The notes below the pieces were generated by a model that saw nothing but the letters and a program-made list of their open reading frames with translations, did no database searches and was not told where the DNA came from. From Alphaproteobacteria bacterium (lineage in GTDB: Bacteria > Pseudomonadota > Alphaproteobacteria > UBA828): a stretch of 64,000 nt of DNA. The stretch covers positions 1,088,001 to 1,152,000 of the forward strand of contig CBDCCI010000002.1 of NCBI GenBank assembly GCA_965214705.1, given 5' to 3'. Shown piece by piece: positions 19,856-33,636 of the stretch. The translations under genes were made by a program, and so were the position numbers. How positions within the stretch are numbered: the stretch's first letter is position 1; the number at the start of each line of letters is the position of its first letter.

Positions 19856-20959
19856 CTACGCGGTCAGAAGCCGGGCGTTCCCGTAAGCCAGCTCCGAGCG
19901 CTCGTGGTAGGGCACCGCGGTCTTGCGGAAAGCACTGAAGCTTTCGTAGACGCGCTGGGTGATGCCGCCCTCGGCGCCGACCTCGGCGACCACGTCGGCC
20001 GAATTTTCTCCGAGCGCCTTCAACATCTCGTCCGACACGCGGCGCACCTGGACGCCGTGCTCGTTGATGAGCGTGTCCAGCGCCCCGGCGTTACGCGCGT
20101 TGAACTCGGCCAGCATGGCGGCGTTGTCCGCCGCGCAGCAGCTCTCGATCAGGCTCTGGTCCGCGGCGCTGAGGCTCTCCCACACGCCACGGTTGACGCC
20201 GCAGGTCAGGACCGTGCCGGGCTCGTGGAAACCGGGCCAGTAGTAGTACTTGGTCACCTTGTAAAAGCCGAAGGCGAGGTCGTTCCACGGCCCCACCCAT
20301 TCGGTGGCGTCGATGGTGCCGGCCTCGAGCGCGGGATAGATCTCGCCGCCCGGCAGCAGCAGGGCGTTTGCGCCGATACGCCGCAGCACCTCGCCGCCGA
20401 GGCCCGGCATGCGCATCTTCAGGCCCTTGTAGTCCTCGAGCGAGTTCATCTCCTTGTTGAACCAGCCGCCCCACTGGACGCCGGTGTTGCCGGCGAGGAA
20501 GGGCTTCACGTTGAAGTCGGCGGATAGCTCGTCCCAGAGCTCCTGACCTCCGGCGTGGTAGATCCAGGCATTGACCTCGTCCGCGGTGAGCCCGAAGGGC
20601 ACGGTGGCGAAGAAGTTGAAGGCCTTGGACTTGCCCTGCCAGTAGTACTCGGCGGAGTGGTACATGTCCGCAGCACCCTCCGAGACCGCATCGAAGCAGC
20701 CGAGCGGCGGCACCAGTTCGCCGCCGCCATAGTGCTTGACCTCGATCCGCCCCTCGGTCGCATTCGTGATGCGGTCGGCGAGCCGCTGCGCGCCGGTGCC
20801 GAGGCCGGGGAACTGCTTCGGCCACGAGGTGGCCAGCTTGAGTTGCATCTTGCCCTGCGAGATCGCGGGCGCCGGGAACGACGATGCCGCCGCCGCCACG
20901 GCGGCTCCTGCGATGGCCGTTCCCTTGAGAAGGCTGCGTCTTCCGATCTTCGTACTCAT
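19856..20959 (-). CDS. TRAP transporter substrate-binding protein (DctP/TakP-like, Tat signal)
   Basis: GRRSLLK twin-arginine leader, TSWPK, YYWQGK, GNTGVQWGGWF, KMRMPGLGG, EWVGP.ND, YYWPGFHE. Confidence 0.92.
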   Translation of the reverse strand: MSTKIGRRSLLKGTAIAGAAVAAAASSFPAPAISQGKMQLKLATSWPKQFPGLGTGAQRLADRITNATEGRIEVKHYGGGELVPPLGCFDAVSEGAADMYHSAEYYWQGKSKAFNFFATVPFGLTADEVNAWIYHAGGQELWDELSADFNVKPFLAGNTGVQWGGWFNKEMNSLEDYKGLKMRMPGLGGEVLRRIGANALLLPGGEIYPALEAGTIDATEWVGPWNDLAFGFYKVTKYYYWPGFHEPGTVLTCGVNRGVWESLSAADQSLIESCCAADNAAMLAEFNARNAGALDTLINEHGVQVRRVSDEMLKALGENSADVVAEVGAEGGITQRVYESFSAFRKTAVPYHERSELAYGNARLLTA

Positions 20960-20988
20960 TTCCTTGGGTCTCCCTTCGATGGTTCCGG

Positions 20989-21786
20989 TCAATGGTCCGA
21001 GACGCCCTGACCGTCCGGTCGGGCGTCGAGGATGGTCCAGCCCTCCGGGCCGTGCACCTCGAGCGGGCGAAAGCGGGCCTTGTAGTCCATCTTATCGCAG
21101 CCGTCGATCCAGTAGCCGAGGTAGAGGTAGGGCAGCGCTTGCGCGCGCGCCTCTTCCACGAGCCTGAGAATCATGTAGCTGCCCGGACTGTCCTTGACCC
21201 GCGTGGGTTCGTAGAAGGAATACACTGCCGAGAGTCCGTCGGCGACGACATCGAACACGCAGACGCCGTAGAGCCGCCCGCCGGGGCTGCGGAACTCGGC
21301 GAGGCGGGTCTCGACCGCGCTTTCCTCTACCAGAGCGCCGTAACCCTCGCGCCCCATCGCCGTCATCGTGCCGTCAGGGTGTCGCGCCGCCAGATAGCGC
21401 CTGAACAGGGTGTAGTGATCGGGCCGCGCCAGCGCTGGCAGCACGTTGAGCGTGATTCCCGCATTGCGCGCGACGACCCGGCGGAGCGAGCGGCTCGGCA
21501 CGAACGCATCGGCACGGACCCGTGCGGAAACACAGGCCCGGCAGCCGGGGCAGGCGGGGCGGTAGGCGGCCAGGTGGCTGCGGCGGAAGCCTCCGCGCAG
21601 CATCTCGTCGTAAGCGGTCTCGGCGCGGGAGCCCGCAAGCGGGGTGACGATCGAGCGCTCCAGACGCCCCGGCAGGTAGGGGCAGGGGCGGAGCGGCGTC
21701 ACACCCAGAAACTTGAGACCGTCGCCATGCGGCGCGCGCGTCCGCGCCGGGTGCTGGCTCACGAGCGGGCGATTTTCGCTGGTCAT
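20989..21786 (-). CDS. Arginyl-tRNA--protein transferase family (bacterial Ate/Bpt Asp/Glu-leucyltransferase)
   Basis: CPYLPG, GFRRS, CPGCRAC, RH.DG.M, DGLSAVYSFY, YLYLGYWI..C.KMDYK. Confidence 0.9.
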   Translation of the reverse strand: MTSENRPLVSQHPARTRAPHGDGLKFLGVTPLRPCPYLPGRLERSIVTPLAGSRAETAYDEMLRGGFRRSHLAAYRPACPGCRACVSARVRADAFVPSRSLRRVVARNAGITLNVLPALARPDHYTLFRRYLAARHPDGTMTAMGREGYGALVEESAVETRLAEFRSPGGRLYGVCVFDVVADGLSAVYSFYEPTRVKDSPGSYMILRLVEEARAQALPYLYLGYWIDGCDKMDYKARFRPLEVHGPEGWTILDARPDGQGVSDH

Positions 21787-22178
21787 CGGCTTGATTATAG
21801 GGCCGCGCCGCGGTTCGCCAAGGAGTCGGTTACGCTTTGCCTCTCGCACGCGATGTGTTTGGTCGACCTGGTACACAGTTGTTCGGTTCGTGATTGTCCC
21901 TGGGAATAGTGCCTCACATGTACCAGACACCGCTGCACAAGGAGCACGCACTAACCGCGATAGTCTATGCCACGAAATTTCCTATAGCAATATTTTTTGC
22001 TAATTTTACAAAATTTACAAAGTCCACTCTTGTGCTGGGAAGCGGGAAGTCCAGAGTTGCCTTCGACCGCATGACCACTTCCCCACAGGCCAACAACAGC
22101 AACCGAAGCGGTCAACTCATCTGGTACACAAACCGGTCAGTTCAGATTGTTCTCGACAGACCCGGTGAGGATTCCGGG

Positions 22179-23441
22179 CTAAATCGCCCGCCAGCCGATG
22201 TCCCGGCGGCAAAATCCCTCGGGCCAGTCGATGCGCCCGACGGCCTCGTAGGCGCAGCTCTGGGCCGCAGTGACGTCGGCGCCCAGCGCCGTCACGCCGA
22301 GCACGCGCCCGCCTGCGGCGACGACGCCGACATCGGTGCGCGCCGTCCCCGCGTGGAACACCATGACATCGTCGAGGTCTTCTGCGGCGTCGATCCCGCG
22401 GATCGCGCTGCCCTTCTCGTAGGCGCCCGGATAGCCTTGCGTGGCGAGCACCACGCAAAGCGCCGCCTCCTCGCGCCAGCGCAGGTCGAATTCCTTGAGC
22501 TCGCCATCGTGCGCCGCGATCAGCGCGGCCAGCAGGTCGGACTTGAGCCGGGGCATGAGCACCTGGCACTCGGGGTCGCCGAAGCGGGCGTTGACCTCCA
22601 GGAGCTTCGGCCCGTCGGCGGTGAGCATCAGCCCGGCGTAGAAGACGCCGGTATAGGGGCTGCCCTCCGCCGCGAGACCCCGCACGAGCGGCTCGACGAT
22701 GCCGGTCCGCGCCTCCTCGCAGAGCGCAGGCGTCATCGCGGGCGCCGGCGAATAGGCGCCCATGCCCCCGGTGTTGGCCCCGGTGTCCCCCTCGCCCACC
22801 GCCTTGTGGTCTTGCGCCGTCTCCAGCGGGAGCACGGTCTCGCCGTCGACCAGGGCGAAGTAGCTCGCCTCCTCGCCCTCCAGCATCTCCTCGATCACGA
22901 GCGCGGTGCCGGCCTCGCCGAAGGCGCCGGCCAGCGCGGCTCGCGCCGCATCGAGGGCTTCGGCCTCGGTCTCCGCCAGCACGACACCCTTGCCGGCGGC
23001 GAGTCCGTCCGCCTTGACCACGAGCGGTGCGCCCAGCTTGGCGATAAAGGCCTCGGCGTCCGCGAGCGAGCCGATTCGCTTGTAGGCGGCGGTCGGCACG
23101 CCGTGGCGGGCACAGAGGTCCTTCATGAAGCCCTTGGAGCCCTCGATCCGCGCGGCGGCGGCGCGCGGGCCGAAGGCGGCGATGCCTTCGGCCTCCAGCC
23201 GGTCGACGAGGCCGGCGCAGAGCGGCGCCTCCGGCCCCACCACGACCAGATCGATCGCCTGCTCGCGGCAAAACGCCGCCAGCCCGTCGAAATCCATGGG
23301 ATCGAGCGCAACGCAGGTCGCCTCGTTCTCGATTCCCGCGTTTCCCGGCGCGCACCAGAGCCCTCCCAGCAGCGGCGATGCCGCGAGCTGCCAGCAGAGG
23401 GCATGCTCGCGGCCGCCCGAGCCCACGACCAAGACGTTCAT
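22179..23441 (-). CDS. purD: Phosphoribosylamine--glycine ligase
   Basis: GSGGREHA, VGPEAPL, KADGLAAGKGV, QDHK, NTGGMGAYSP, NARFGDPECQ, GGRVL, RRDIG. Confidence 0.97.
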   Translation of the reverse strand: MNVLVVGSGGREHALCWQLAASPLLGGLWCAPGNAGIENEATCVALDPMDFDGLAAFCREQAIDLVVVGPEAPLCAGLVDRLEAEGIAAFGPRAAAARIEGSKGFMKDLCARHGVPTAAYKRIGSLADAEAFIAKLGAPLVVKADGLAAGKGVVLAETEAEALDAARAALAGAFGEAGTALVIEEMLEGEEASYFALVDGETVLPLETAQDHKAVGEGDTGANTGGMGAYSPAPAMTPALCEEARTGIVEPLVRGLAAEGSPYTGVFYAGLMLTADGPKLLEVNARFGDPECQVLMPRLKSDLLAALIAAHDGELKEFDLRWREEAALCVVLATQGYPGAYEKGSAIRGIDAAEDLDDVMVFHAGTARTDVGVVAAGGRVLGVTALGADVTAAQSCAYEAVGRIDWPEGFCRRDIGWRAI

Positions 23442-23548
23442 TTGGGTCTCTCCGCACCCGCAAATCGCGGCGTTACGATACACTCTCGGGCTCCCTACGG
23501 CCCGCGATTCTCTCCCGGAATTTCTTGGAATTTGGCCATTTTTGCCGC

Positions 23549-23577
23549 TTGACGGTGGATAGGCCCATCACTAGGAT
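23549..23577 (+). promoter_or_regulatory. Sigma70 promoter of the str operon
   Basis: TTGACG-N17-TAGGAT preceded by phased T-tracts (23511-23545), about 180 nt upstream of rpsL. Confidence 0.65.
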
Positions 23578-23755
23578 GCGCCACCCTCTTGCCGACGAGG
23601 CTGGTCGGCGCGCCCCACGGCGCCCGCCGCCATGCCTTGTGATCGAGAGAGTTTCCGATGGGTCGGCGCAGGCCGGCGGCGGGGAAGCGGGCGGATCCCG
23701 ATTTTCCCGGTCCACCTGCACGCGCCGCACTGTCTGTTGAACCTGGAACGCCGCG

Positions 23756-24127
23756 ATGCCGACGATCAACCAACTGATTCGCAAGCCGCGTACGGCGCCT
23801 GCCGCACGAAACAAGGTGCCGGCGCTGCAGGCCTGCCCGCAGAAGCGCGGCGTGTGTACCAGGGTCTACACGACGACGCCGAAGAAGCCGAACTCGGCAC
23901 TGCGCAAGGTCGCGCGCGTACGGCTCACCAACGGATTCGAGGTGACCAGCTACATCCCCGGTGAGGGGCACAACCTTCAGGAGCACTCGGTGGTGATGAT
24001 TCGCGGCGGCCGGGTGAAGGACCTGCCGGGTGTGCGTTACCACATCATTCGCGGCTCGCTCGACACCCAGGGTATCCAGGACCGCCGCCAGCGGCGCTCC
24101 AAGTACGGCGCTAAACGGCCCAAATAA
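23756..24127 (+). CDS. rpsL: 30S ribosomal protein S12
   Basis: [29 protein letters not shown]. Confidence 0.99.
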   Translation: MPTINQLIRKPRTAPAARNKVPALQACPQKRGVCTRVYTTTPKKPNSALRKVARVRLTNGFEVTSYIPGEGHNLQEHSVVMIRGGRVKDLPGVRYHIIRGSLDTQGIQDRRQRRSKYGAKRPK

Positions 24128-24619
<492 letters not shown>

Positions 24620-24644
24620 GCGTTGGCGTTCGCGGACAAGAACA

Positions 24645-26720
<2,076 letters not shown>

Positions 26721-26766
26721 TCGCGTGACCACGACCAAGATCAAGACCTCCTGAGAGAGAGCACCG

Positions 26767-27957
26767 ATGGCCAAGGAGAAGTTTGAGCGTACGAAGCCGC
26801 ACTGCAACGTGGGCACGATTGGTCACGTTGACCATGGCAAGACGACGCTGACGGCGGCGATCACGAAGGTTCTGGGCGAGGCGGGCGGCGCTGAGTTCGT
26901 GTCGTTCGACGAGATCGACAAGGCGCCGGAGGAGCGCGAGCGCGGGATCACGATCGCGACGGCGCACGTCGAGTACGAGACGGCGAACCGCCACTACGCG
27001 CACGTGGATTGCCCAGGTCATGCGGACTACGTGAAGAACATGATCACGGGGGCCGCGCAGATGGACGGCGCGATCCTGGTGGTCTCTGCGGCGGACGGCC
27101 CGATGCCGCAGACGCGGGAGCACATCTTGCTCGCGCGTCAGGTGGGCGTGCCTGCGCTTGTCGTCTACATGAACAAGGTGGACATGGTTGACGACGAGGA
27201 GATTCTGGAGCTTGTCGAGCTTGAGGTTCGGGAGCTGTTGTCCGCATACGAGTTTCCGGGCGACGACATTCCTGTGATCCGGGGTTCTGCGCTTGCGGCG
27301 CTTGAGGGCGGCGACGCGGCGACGGGCCGAGACTCTGTTCTGGAGCTGATGGCGGCGGTTGACGATTACGTGCCGCAGCCTGAGCGTCCGAAGGACCAGC
27401 CGTTCCTGATGCCGATCGAGGACGTGTTCTCGATTTCGGGTCGTGGGACGGTTGTGACGGGCCGGATCGAGCGCGGCGTTGTGAAGGTGGGCGACGACGT
27501 CGGGATCATCGGGATCCGCGAGACGACGAAGACGGTTTGCACGGGCGTCGAGATGTTCCGGAAGCTGCTGGATCAGGGCGAGGCGGGCGACAACGTTGGC
27601 GTCCTGCTTCGGGGCACGAAGCGCGACGAGGTCGAGCGTGGCCAGGTTCTGGCGGAGCCTGGGACGATCACGCCGCACACGCGTTTCGAGGCTGAGACGT
27701 ACATCCTGACGAAGGATGAGGGCGGGCGTCACACGCCGTTTTTCTCGAACTACCGTCCGCAGTTCTACTTCCGGACGACGGACGTGACGGGGACGATCGG
27801 GTTGCCGGACGGGACCGAGATGGTGATGCCCGGCGACAACGTGACGATGCAGGTTGATCTGATTGCGCCGATTGCGATGGACGAGGGCTTGCGCTTCGCC
27901 ATCCGCGAGGGCGGGCGCACCGTCGGCGCCGGCGTCGTCGCAAAAATCGTCGAGTAG
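26767..27957 (+). CDS. tuf: Elongation factor Tu
   Basis: [50 protein letters not shown]. Confidence 0.99.
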   Translation: MAKEKFERTKPHCNVGTIGHVDHGKTTLTAAITKVLGEAGGAEFVSFDEIDKAPEERERGITIATAHVEYETANRHYAHVDCPGHADYVKNMITGAAQMDGAILVVSAADGPMPQTREHILLARQVGVPALVVYMNKVDMVDDEEILELVELEVRELLSAYEFPGDDIPVIRGSALAALEGGDAATGRDSVLELMAAVDDYVPQPERPKDQPFLMPIEDVFSISGRGTVVTGRIERGVVKVGDDVGIIGIRETTKTVCTGVEMFRKLLDQGEAGDNVGVLLRGTKRDEVERGQVLAEPGTITPHTRFEAETYILTKDEGGRHTPFFSNYRPQFYFRTTDVTGTIGLPDGTEMVMPGDNVTMQVDLIAPIAMDEGLRFAIREGGRTVGAGVVAKIVE

Positions 27958-27994
27958 ACCCAAACCGAGGCGGACAAGAGGCCGGGCACGTACG

Positions 27995-28309
<315 letters not shown>

Positions 28310-28318
28310 GAGGGCGTC

Positions 28319-29188
28319 ATGGCCGGCCAGGCGGCAGCGCGCAGGCGCACGGGCGTGATCACCGAGAAGCTCGGCATGTCCCGCGTCTTCAACGACGCCG
28401 GCGAGCATGTGCCGGTGACCGTGCTGCGCGTGGACGGTTGCCAGGTCATCGCCCAGCGGACCCGCGACGCGGGCGGCTATGTCGCGCTGCAGCTCGGCGC
28501 GGGCCGGGTCAAGGTCAAGAACACGCCGCGCGCGCTGCGCGGTCACTTCGCCAAGGCAAAGGTCGAGCCCAAGCGCCACGTGGCCGAGTTCCGGGTGAGC
28601 GAGGACGCTTTGGTGGATGTCGGCGCCACACTTGGTGCTGACCACTTCGCCGCGGGTCAGTTCGTCGATGCGGTCGGCACCTCCATCGGCAAGGGCTTCG
28701 CCGGCGGCATGAAGCGGCACAACTTCTCGGGCCTGCGCGCGAGCCACGGCGTCTCCGTCTCGCACCGCTCCCACGGCTCGACCGGCCAATGCCAGGACCC
28801 CGGCAAGGTCTTCAAGGGCAAGAAGATGGCGGGTCAGCTCGGGAACGCACGCGCGACCGTGCAGAACCTCGAGGTGGTGACGACGGATGCGGCGCGGGGC
28901 CTGATCATGGTCAAGGGCGGCGTCCCCGGCCCGAAGGGCGGCGTCGTGCTGCTCTCCGACGCGAAGAAGCGCAGCCTGCCGGACGATGTACCGTTTCCTG
29001 CAGGGCTCTTCGTACAGCCGGAACCGGAGGCGGCAGACCCTGAGCCTGAGGACGACGCTCCCGCCGCCGAGGCCGAGGACGAGACCGCTGATGATGACAG
29101 CGGCGAGCCCGCCGAGGCGCAGAAGGAGGACGGCGACGAGGCTGCCGCCGAGGACCCTGCAGAGGGTGACGAGGAGGAATCCTCGTGA
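28319..29188 (+). CDS. rplC: 50S ribosomal protein L3 with acidic C-terminal extension
   Basis: [41 protein letters not shown]. Confidence 0.98.
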   Translation: MAGQAAARRRTGVITEKLGMSRVFNDAGEHVPVTVLRVDGCQVIAQRTRDAGGYVALQLGAGRVKVKNTPRALRGHFAKAKVEPKRHVAEFRVSEDALVDVGATLGADHFAAGQFVDAVGTSIGKGFAGGMKRHNFSGLRASHGVSVSHRSHGSTGQCQDPGKVFKGKKMAGQLGNARATVQNLEVVTTDAARGLIMVKGGVPGPKGGVVLLSDAKKRSLPDDVPFPAGLFVQPEPEAADPEPEDDAPAAEAEDETADDDSGEPAEAQKEDGDEAAAEDPAEGDEEESS

Positions 29189-29805
29189 AGGTCGAGGTCA
29201 TCGACTTGAAGGCCAAGCGCGTCGGCGAAATCGAACTCGCGGACGAGGTGTTCGGCGTGCCCGTGCGGCCCGACCTGATGCAACGCACCGTGCGCTGGCA
29301 ACTCGCCAAGCGCCGCGCGGGAACGCACAAGACCAAGTCGGTGGCGGAGATCCGCGGGTCGACGCGCAAGCCCTTCAAGCAGAAGGGCACGGGCCGCGCC
29401 CGCGCAGGCTCTCGCCGCGCAGCGCACCATCGGGGCGGCGTGGCGATCTTTGGTCCCGTGCTACGCGACCACGCCCACAAGCTGCCCAAGAAGGTGCGCA
29501 AGCTCGCGCTCAAGTCCGCGCTCTCCAGCAAGCGGGCGGACGGCAAGCTCTCGATCGTGGAATCCCTCGACCTCGGCTCGGCCAAGACCAGGGTGCTGGC
29601 CAATCGTATCGCGCGCCTCGGCTGGTCGTCTGCGCTGGTTATCGACGGCGACGAGGTCGATGCCGGCTTCGCCAGGGCCGCGGGCAACCTGACTGAGATT
29701 CAGGTGCTCCCGCAGCTGGGCGCCAACGTCTACGACATCCTCCGCCGCGACCACCTGGTGCTGACCCGGAGCGCGGTGGAAAGCCTGCAAGCGAGGCTCG
29801 CATGA
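29185..29805 (+). CDS. rplD: 50S ribosomal protein L4
   Basis: [32 protein letters not shown]. Confidence 0.98.
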   Translation: MKVEVIDLKAKRVGEIELADEVFGVPVRPDLMQRTVRWQLAKRRAGTHKTKSVAEIRGSTRKPFKQKGTGRARAGSRRAAHHRGGVAIFGPVLRDHAHKLPKKVRKLALKSALSSKRADGKLSIVESLDLGSAKTRVLANRIARLGWSSALVIDGDEVDAGFARAAGNLTEIQVLPQLGANVYDILRRDHLVLTRSAVESLQARLA

Positions 29806-30107
29806 GCGTCGAGCCCAAAGAGCGTTGGTACGACACGATTCTCGGTCCAGTCGTGACCGAGAAGTCGACTCAGGGCTCGATGTACAATCAGGTCACCTTC
29901 AAGGTGCGCACCGACGCGACCAAGCCTCAGATCAAGGAAGCCGTGGAAGGGCTGTTCGAGGTCAAGGTGAGGAAGGTCAACACCAGCATGGTCAAGGGCA
30001 AGGTCAAGCGCGGCCCTCGCGGCCGGCTGGGCAAGCGTTCGGATTGGAAGAAGGCGACGGTTTCGCTCGGCGAAGGCGATACCATCGACGTGATGACCGG
30101 GCTCTAG
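29802..30107 (+). CDS. rplW: 50S ribosomal protein L23
   Basis: [28 protein letters not shown]. Confidence 0.98.
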   Translation: MSVEPKERWYDTILGPVVTEKSTQGSMYNQVTFKVRTDATKPQIKEAVEGLFEVKVRKVNTSMVKGKVKRGPRGRLGKRSDWKKATVSLGEGDTIDVMTGL

Positions 30108-30110
30108 GCG

Positions 30111-30938
30111 ATGGCACTCAAGAACTACAAGCCGACGACGCCGGGGCGCCGCCAGCTCATCCTGGTGGACCGCTCCGACCTCTGGAAGGGGAAGCCGGTC
30201 AAGAAGCTGACCGAAGGATTGAGCCAGAAGGGCGGGCGCAACAGCGACGGCCGCATCACCATGCGCCATCGCGGGGGCGGGCATAAGCGCCGCTACCGCA
30301 AGATCGACTTCAAGCGGCGCAAATTCGATGTGCCGGCGACCGTGGAGCGACTCGAGTACGACCCCAACCGCTCGGCCTTCATCGCGTTGATCCGCTACGA
30401 AGATGGTGAGCAGGCCTACATCCTCGCCCCGCAGCGGGTCTCACCGGGCGACAAGGTGGTTTCCGGCGACCGCTGTGACATCAAGCCCGGCAACGCGATG
30501 CCGATGAGCAACATCCCCGTCGGCACGATCATCCACAATGTCGAGATGAAGCCGGGGAAGGGCGGCCAGATTGCGCGTTCCGCCGGCAACTACGTGCAGC
30601 TGGTCGGCAAGGATCAGGGCTACGCTCAGCTCAGACTGCCGTCGGGTGAGCAGCGTATCGTCCATGGCCGATGTATGGCCACCATCGGCGCAGTCTCCAA
30701 CCCGGACAACCAGAACACCAACCAGGGCAAAGCCGGCCGCATGCGCTGGAAAGGCCGGCGCCCCAAGGTGCGCGGCGTCGCCATGAACCCGGTGGACCAT
30801 CCCCACGGCGGCGGCGAGGGCAAGTCCTCCGGCGGGCGGCACCCGGTCACCCCCTGGGGCGTGCCCACAAAGGGCAAGCGCACGCGCAGCAACAAGAGAA
30901 CCGACCGCTTCATCATGCGGCGTCGGGGCAAGAAGTAG
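30111..30938 (+). CDS. rplB: 50S ribosomal protein L2
   Basis: [30 protein letters not shown]. Confidence 0.99.
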   Translation: MALKNYKPTTPGRRQLILVDRSDLWKGKPVKKLTEGLSQKGGRNSDGRITMRHRGGGHKRRYRKIDFKRRKFDVPATVERLEYDPNRSAFIALIRYEDGEQAYILAPQRVSPGDKVVSGDRCDIKPGNAMPMSNIPVGTIIHNVEMKPGKGGQIARSAGNYVQLVGKDQGYAQLRLPSGEQRIVHGRCMATIGAVSNPDNQNTNQGKAGRMRWKGRRPKVRGVAMNPVDHPHGGGEGKSSGGRHPVTPWGVPTKGKRTRSNKRTDRFIMRRRGKK

Positions 30939-30953
30939 GGCGGGGGACAGTCG

Positions 30954-31232
30954 ATGGCGCGTTCCGTATGGAAAGGCCCCTTCGTCGACGGCTATCTTCT
31001 CAAGAAGGCCGAAGAGGCGCGGGCGACAGGCCGCAAGGACATCATCCGCACCTGGTCGCGGCGCTCGACCATCCTGCCGCAGTTCGTGGGCCTCACCTTC
31101 GGCGTCTATAACGGGCGCAAGTTCCTGCCCGTGCTGGTCAACGAGAACATGGTCGGCCACAAGTTCGGCGAGTTCTCGCCGACGCGGGTCTTCCACGGTC
31201 ATGCCGGCGACAAGAGGGCACGGCGGGGCTGA
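30954..31232 (+). CDS. rpsS: 30S ribosomal protein S19
   Basis: [29 protein letters not shown]. Confidence 0.99.
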   Translation: MARSVWKGPFVDGYLLKKAEEARATGRKDIIRTWSRRSTILPQFVGLTFGVYNGRKFLPVLVNENMVGHKFGEFSPTRVFHGHAGDKRARRG

Positions 31233-31234
31233 TC

Positions 31235-31615
31235 ATGGGCAAGACTGCGCGATCCCGGCGGCTCGGTGAGACCGAAGCCCAGGCGGTGATCCGGAACCTC
31301 CGGATCAGCCCGCAGAAGCTCGGCCTTGTCACCGAGACCATCCGCGGGCGCCCGGTGGGCGAGGCGCTGATCACGCTGGCGCATTCGCGCCGCCGCATCG
31401 CCGGCGACGTGCGCAAGTGCCTGCAGTCGGCGATCGCGAACGCGGAGAACAATCACGAGCTGGATGTGGACCGGCTCGTCGTCGCCGAAGCGACGGTCGG
31501 CAAAGGTTTGGTGATGAAGCGCTGGCGGCCCCGTGCGCGCGGCCGGGTCGGGCGCGTGATGAAGCCGTTCAGCCATCTCACCATCGTGGTGCGCGAACGC
31601 GCCAAGGGGGCCTGA
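31235..31615 (+). CDS. rplV: 50S ribosomal protein L22
   Basis: [30 protein letters not shown]. Confidence 0.98.
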   Translation: MGKTARSRRLGETEAQAVIRNLRISPQKLGLVTETIRGRPVGEALITLAHSRRRIAGDVRKCLQSAIANAENNHELDVDRLVVAEATVGKGLVMKRWRPRARGRVGRVMKPFSHLTIVVRERAKGA

Positions 31616-32292
31616 TGGGTCAGAAGGTCAATCCCGTCGGGCTGCGTCTCGGCATCAACCGTACCTGGGATTCGCGCTGGTATGCCGATGACGACTATGC
31701 CCAGCTACTGCACGAGGACCTGCAGATCCGCAATTTCCTGTTCGATCGGCTGAACCAGGCGGGTATCGGGCGTATCGTCATCGAGCGCCCCGCCAAGAAG
31801 GCACGGATCACCATCCATACAGCCCGGCCGGGCGTCGTGATCGGCAAGAAGGGCGCCGATATCGAGCGGCTGCGCACCGACATCACCAAGATGACGGGAA
31901 GCGACGTTCATCTGAACATCGTCGAGATCCGCAAGCCCGAAATCGAGGCCAAGCTGGTGGCCGAGAACATCGCCCAGCAGCTCGTGCGACGCGTGGCGTT
32001 CCGCCGGGCCATGAAGCGGGCGGTACAGTCCGCGATCAGGCTTGGCGCGCAGGGCATCCGGATCAACTGCGGCGGCAGGCTCGGCGGGGCCGAGATCGCG
32101 CGGACCGAGTGGTATCGCGAGGGCCGGGTGCCGCTCCACACGCTCCGGGCCGATGTGGACTTCGGGCTCGCCACGGCGCGCACGGCCTACGGCACCTGCG
32201 GTGTCAAGGTCTGGGTGTTCAAGGGCGAGATCATGGCGCACGACCCCATGGCGCAGGACAAGCGCGCCATGGAGCAGGCCACGCCCCGCTAG
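31615..32292 (+). CDS. rpsC: 30S ribosomal protein S3
   Basis: [42 protein letters not shown]. Confidence 0.99.
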   Translation: MGQKVNPVGLRLGINRTWDSRWYADDDYAQLLHEDLQIRNFLFDRLNQAGIGRIVIERPAKKARITIHTARPGVVIGKKGADIERLRTDITKMTGSDVHLNIVEIRKPEIEAKLVAENIAQQLVRRVAFRRAMKRAVQSAIRLGAQGIRINCGGRLGGAEIARTEWYREGRVPLHTLRADVDFGLATARTAYGTCGVKVWVFKGEIMAHDPMAQDKRAMEQATPR

Positions 32293-32319
32293 GGCCGGAC
32301 GGGGACCGGGGACCGGATC

Positions 32320-32742
32320 ATGCAGCAGCCGAAATCCACTAAGTACCGCAAGGCCCACAAGGGTCGCATCCACGGCAAGGCCAAGGGCGGCTCGCAGCTC
32401 AATTTCGGCGCCTACGGGCTCAAGGCGATCACGCCCGGCCGCATCACGGCACGCGAGATCGAGGCCGGCCGGCGCACCATCACGAGGCACATGAAACGTG
32501 CCGGCAAGATCTGGATCCGCATCTTCCCGGACGTGCCGGTCTCGACCAAGCCCGCCGAGGTGCGCATGGGCAAGGGCAAGGGCACGCCGGAATACTGGGT
32601 CGCCAAGGTGAAGCCCGGGCGCATCATGTTCGAGGTGGACGGCGTGCCGCGCGCGGTGGCGGAAGAGGCGTTCCGCCGTGCGTCCGCGAAGTTCAGGGTA
32701 CAGACCAGGGTCGTGACCCGGCTCGGCGAAGGGGCGTCCTGA
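32320..32742 (+). CDS. rplP: 50S ribosomal protein L16
   Basis: [22 protein letters not shown]. Confidence 0.99.
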   Translation: MQQPKSTKYRKAHKGRIHGKAKGGSQLNFGAYGLKAITPGRITAREIEAGRRTITRHMKRAGKIWIRIFPDVPVSTKPAEVRMGKGKGTPEYWVAKVKPGRIMFEVDGVPRAVAEEAFRRASAKFRVQTRVVTRLGEGAS

Positions 32743-32948
32743 TGAACGGTGTCGAAGTCCGCCTGAAGACCGACGACGAGCTCAAGACGATGCTGCTCGC
32801 GTTGAAGAAGGAGGCGTTCAACCTGCGCTTCCAACGGGCGTCGGGGCAGTTGGAGAACACGGCGCGTATGCGCGCCGTGCGACGCGACGTGGCCCGCATC
32901 AAGACGATCGTCGCCGAGCGCAAGCGCGCTGCCGGCGGCGAAGCCTGA
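32742..32948 (+). CDS. rpmC: 50S ribosomal protein L29
   Basis: [21 protein letters not shown]. Confidence 0.97.
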   Translation: MNGVEVRLKTDDELKTMLLALKKEAFNLRFQRASGQLENTARMRAVRRDVARIKTIVAERKRAAGGEA

Positions 32949-32979
32949 GGATCTGGGAGATGGGTGAAGGAGAGCTGGC

Positions 32980-33228
32980 ATGCCGCGCCGTGTAATGCGG
33001 GGAACCGTGGTCGGCGACAAGGCGGACAAGACCGTCGTCGTCCGCGTCGACCGCCGCGTCATGCACCCGCTCTACAAGAAGGTCGTGCGCCGCTCCAAGC
33101 GCTACACCGCGCATGACGACGGCAACAGTCACAAGGTCGGCGACATCGTGCAAATTCGCGAGTGCGCCCCCATCTCCAAGCGCAAGCGCTGGATCGTGCT
33201 CGACGAAGCCGGCGCCGAGCAGGGCTGA
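32980..33228 (+). CDS. rpsQ: 30S ribosomal protein S17
   Basis: [23 protein letters not shown]. Confidence 0.98.
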   Translation: MPRRVMRGTVVGDKADKTVVVRVDRRVMHPLYKKVVRRSKRYTAHDDGNSHKVGDIVQIRECAPISKRKRWIVLDEAGAEQG

Positions 33229-33261
33229 ACGGCGCGGTAGAGAGCGGAAAGGTCGAGTGAC

Positions 33262-33630
33262 ATGATTCAGATGCAGACGAATCTGGATGTCGCCGACAAT
33301 TCCGGTGCAAGACGCGTGCAATGCGTGAAGGTGCTGGGCGGGTCGAAGCGCAAGACCGCCTCGGTGGGCGATACCATCGTGGTCACGGTCAAGGAGGCGA
33401 TACCGCGCGGCAAGGTGCGCAAGGGCGAGCTGCATCGCGCCGTCATCGTGCGCACCGCCAAGGAAATCAGGCGCCCGGACGGCAGCGCGATCCGCTTCGA
33501 CCGCAATGCGGCCGTGCTCATCACCGCCCAGGGCGAGCCGATCGGGACCCGCATCTTCGGGCCGGTGACCCGCGAGCTCCGTCAGCGCCGGTACATGAAG
33601 ATCATCTCACTCGCGCCCGAAGTGCTGTAG
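33262..33630 (+). CDS. rplN: 50S ribosomal protein L14
   Basis: [27 protein letters not shown]. Confidence 0.99.
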   Translation: MIQMQTNLDVADNSGARRVQCVKVLGGSKRKTASVGDTIVVTVKEAIPRGKVRKGELHRAVIVRTAKEIRRPDGSAIRFDRNAAVLITAQGEPIGTRIFGPVTRELRQRRYMKIISLAPEVL

Positions 33631-33636
33631 GCCGCC

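Noticed and set aside
21960-22030. Replication origin (AT-rich unwinding element)
   Set aside because: No clustered DnaA boxes (TTATCCACA-like) were seen and there are no origin-associated genes nearby.
21900-22062. Cobalamin-riboswitch-like words (GGGAATAGTG; CCACT...TGGGAAG...AAGTCCAGAGTTGCC)
   Set aside because: The core elements are degenerate and wrongly spaced, and there is no downstream plus-strand gene (purD is convergent). An Infernal search would be needed to revive it.
21894-23552. 552-aa plus-strand ORF spanning the AT-rich gap and purD
   Set aside because: Mostly antisense to purD with Arg/Gly/Ala-biased shadow composition; no family motifs.
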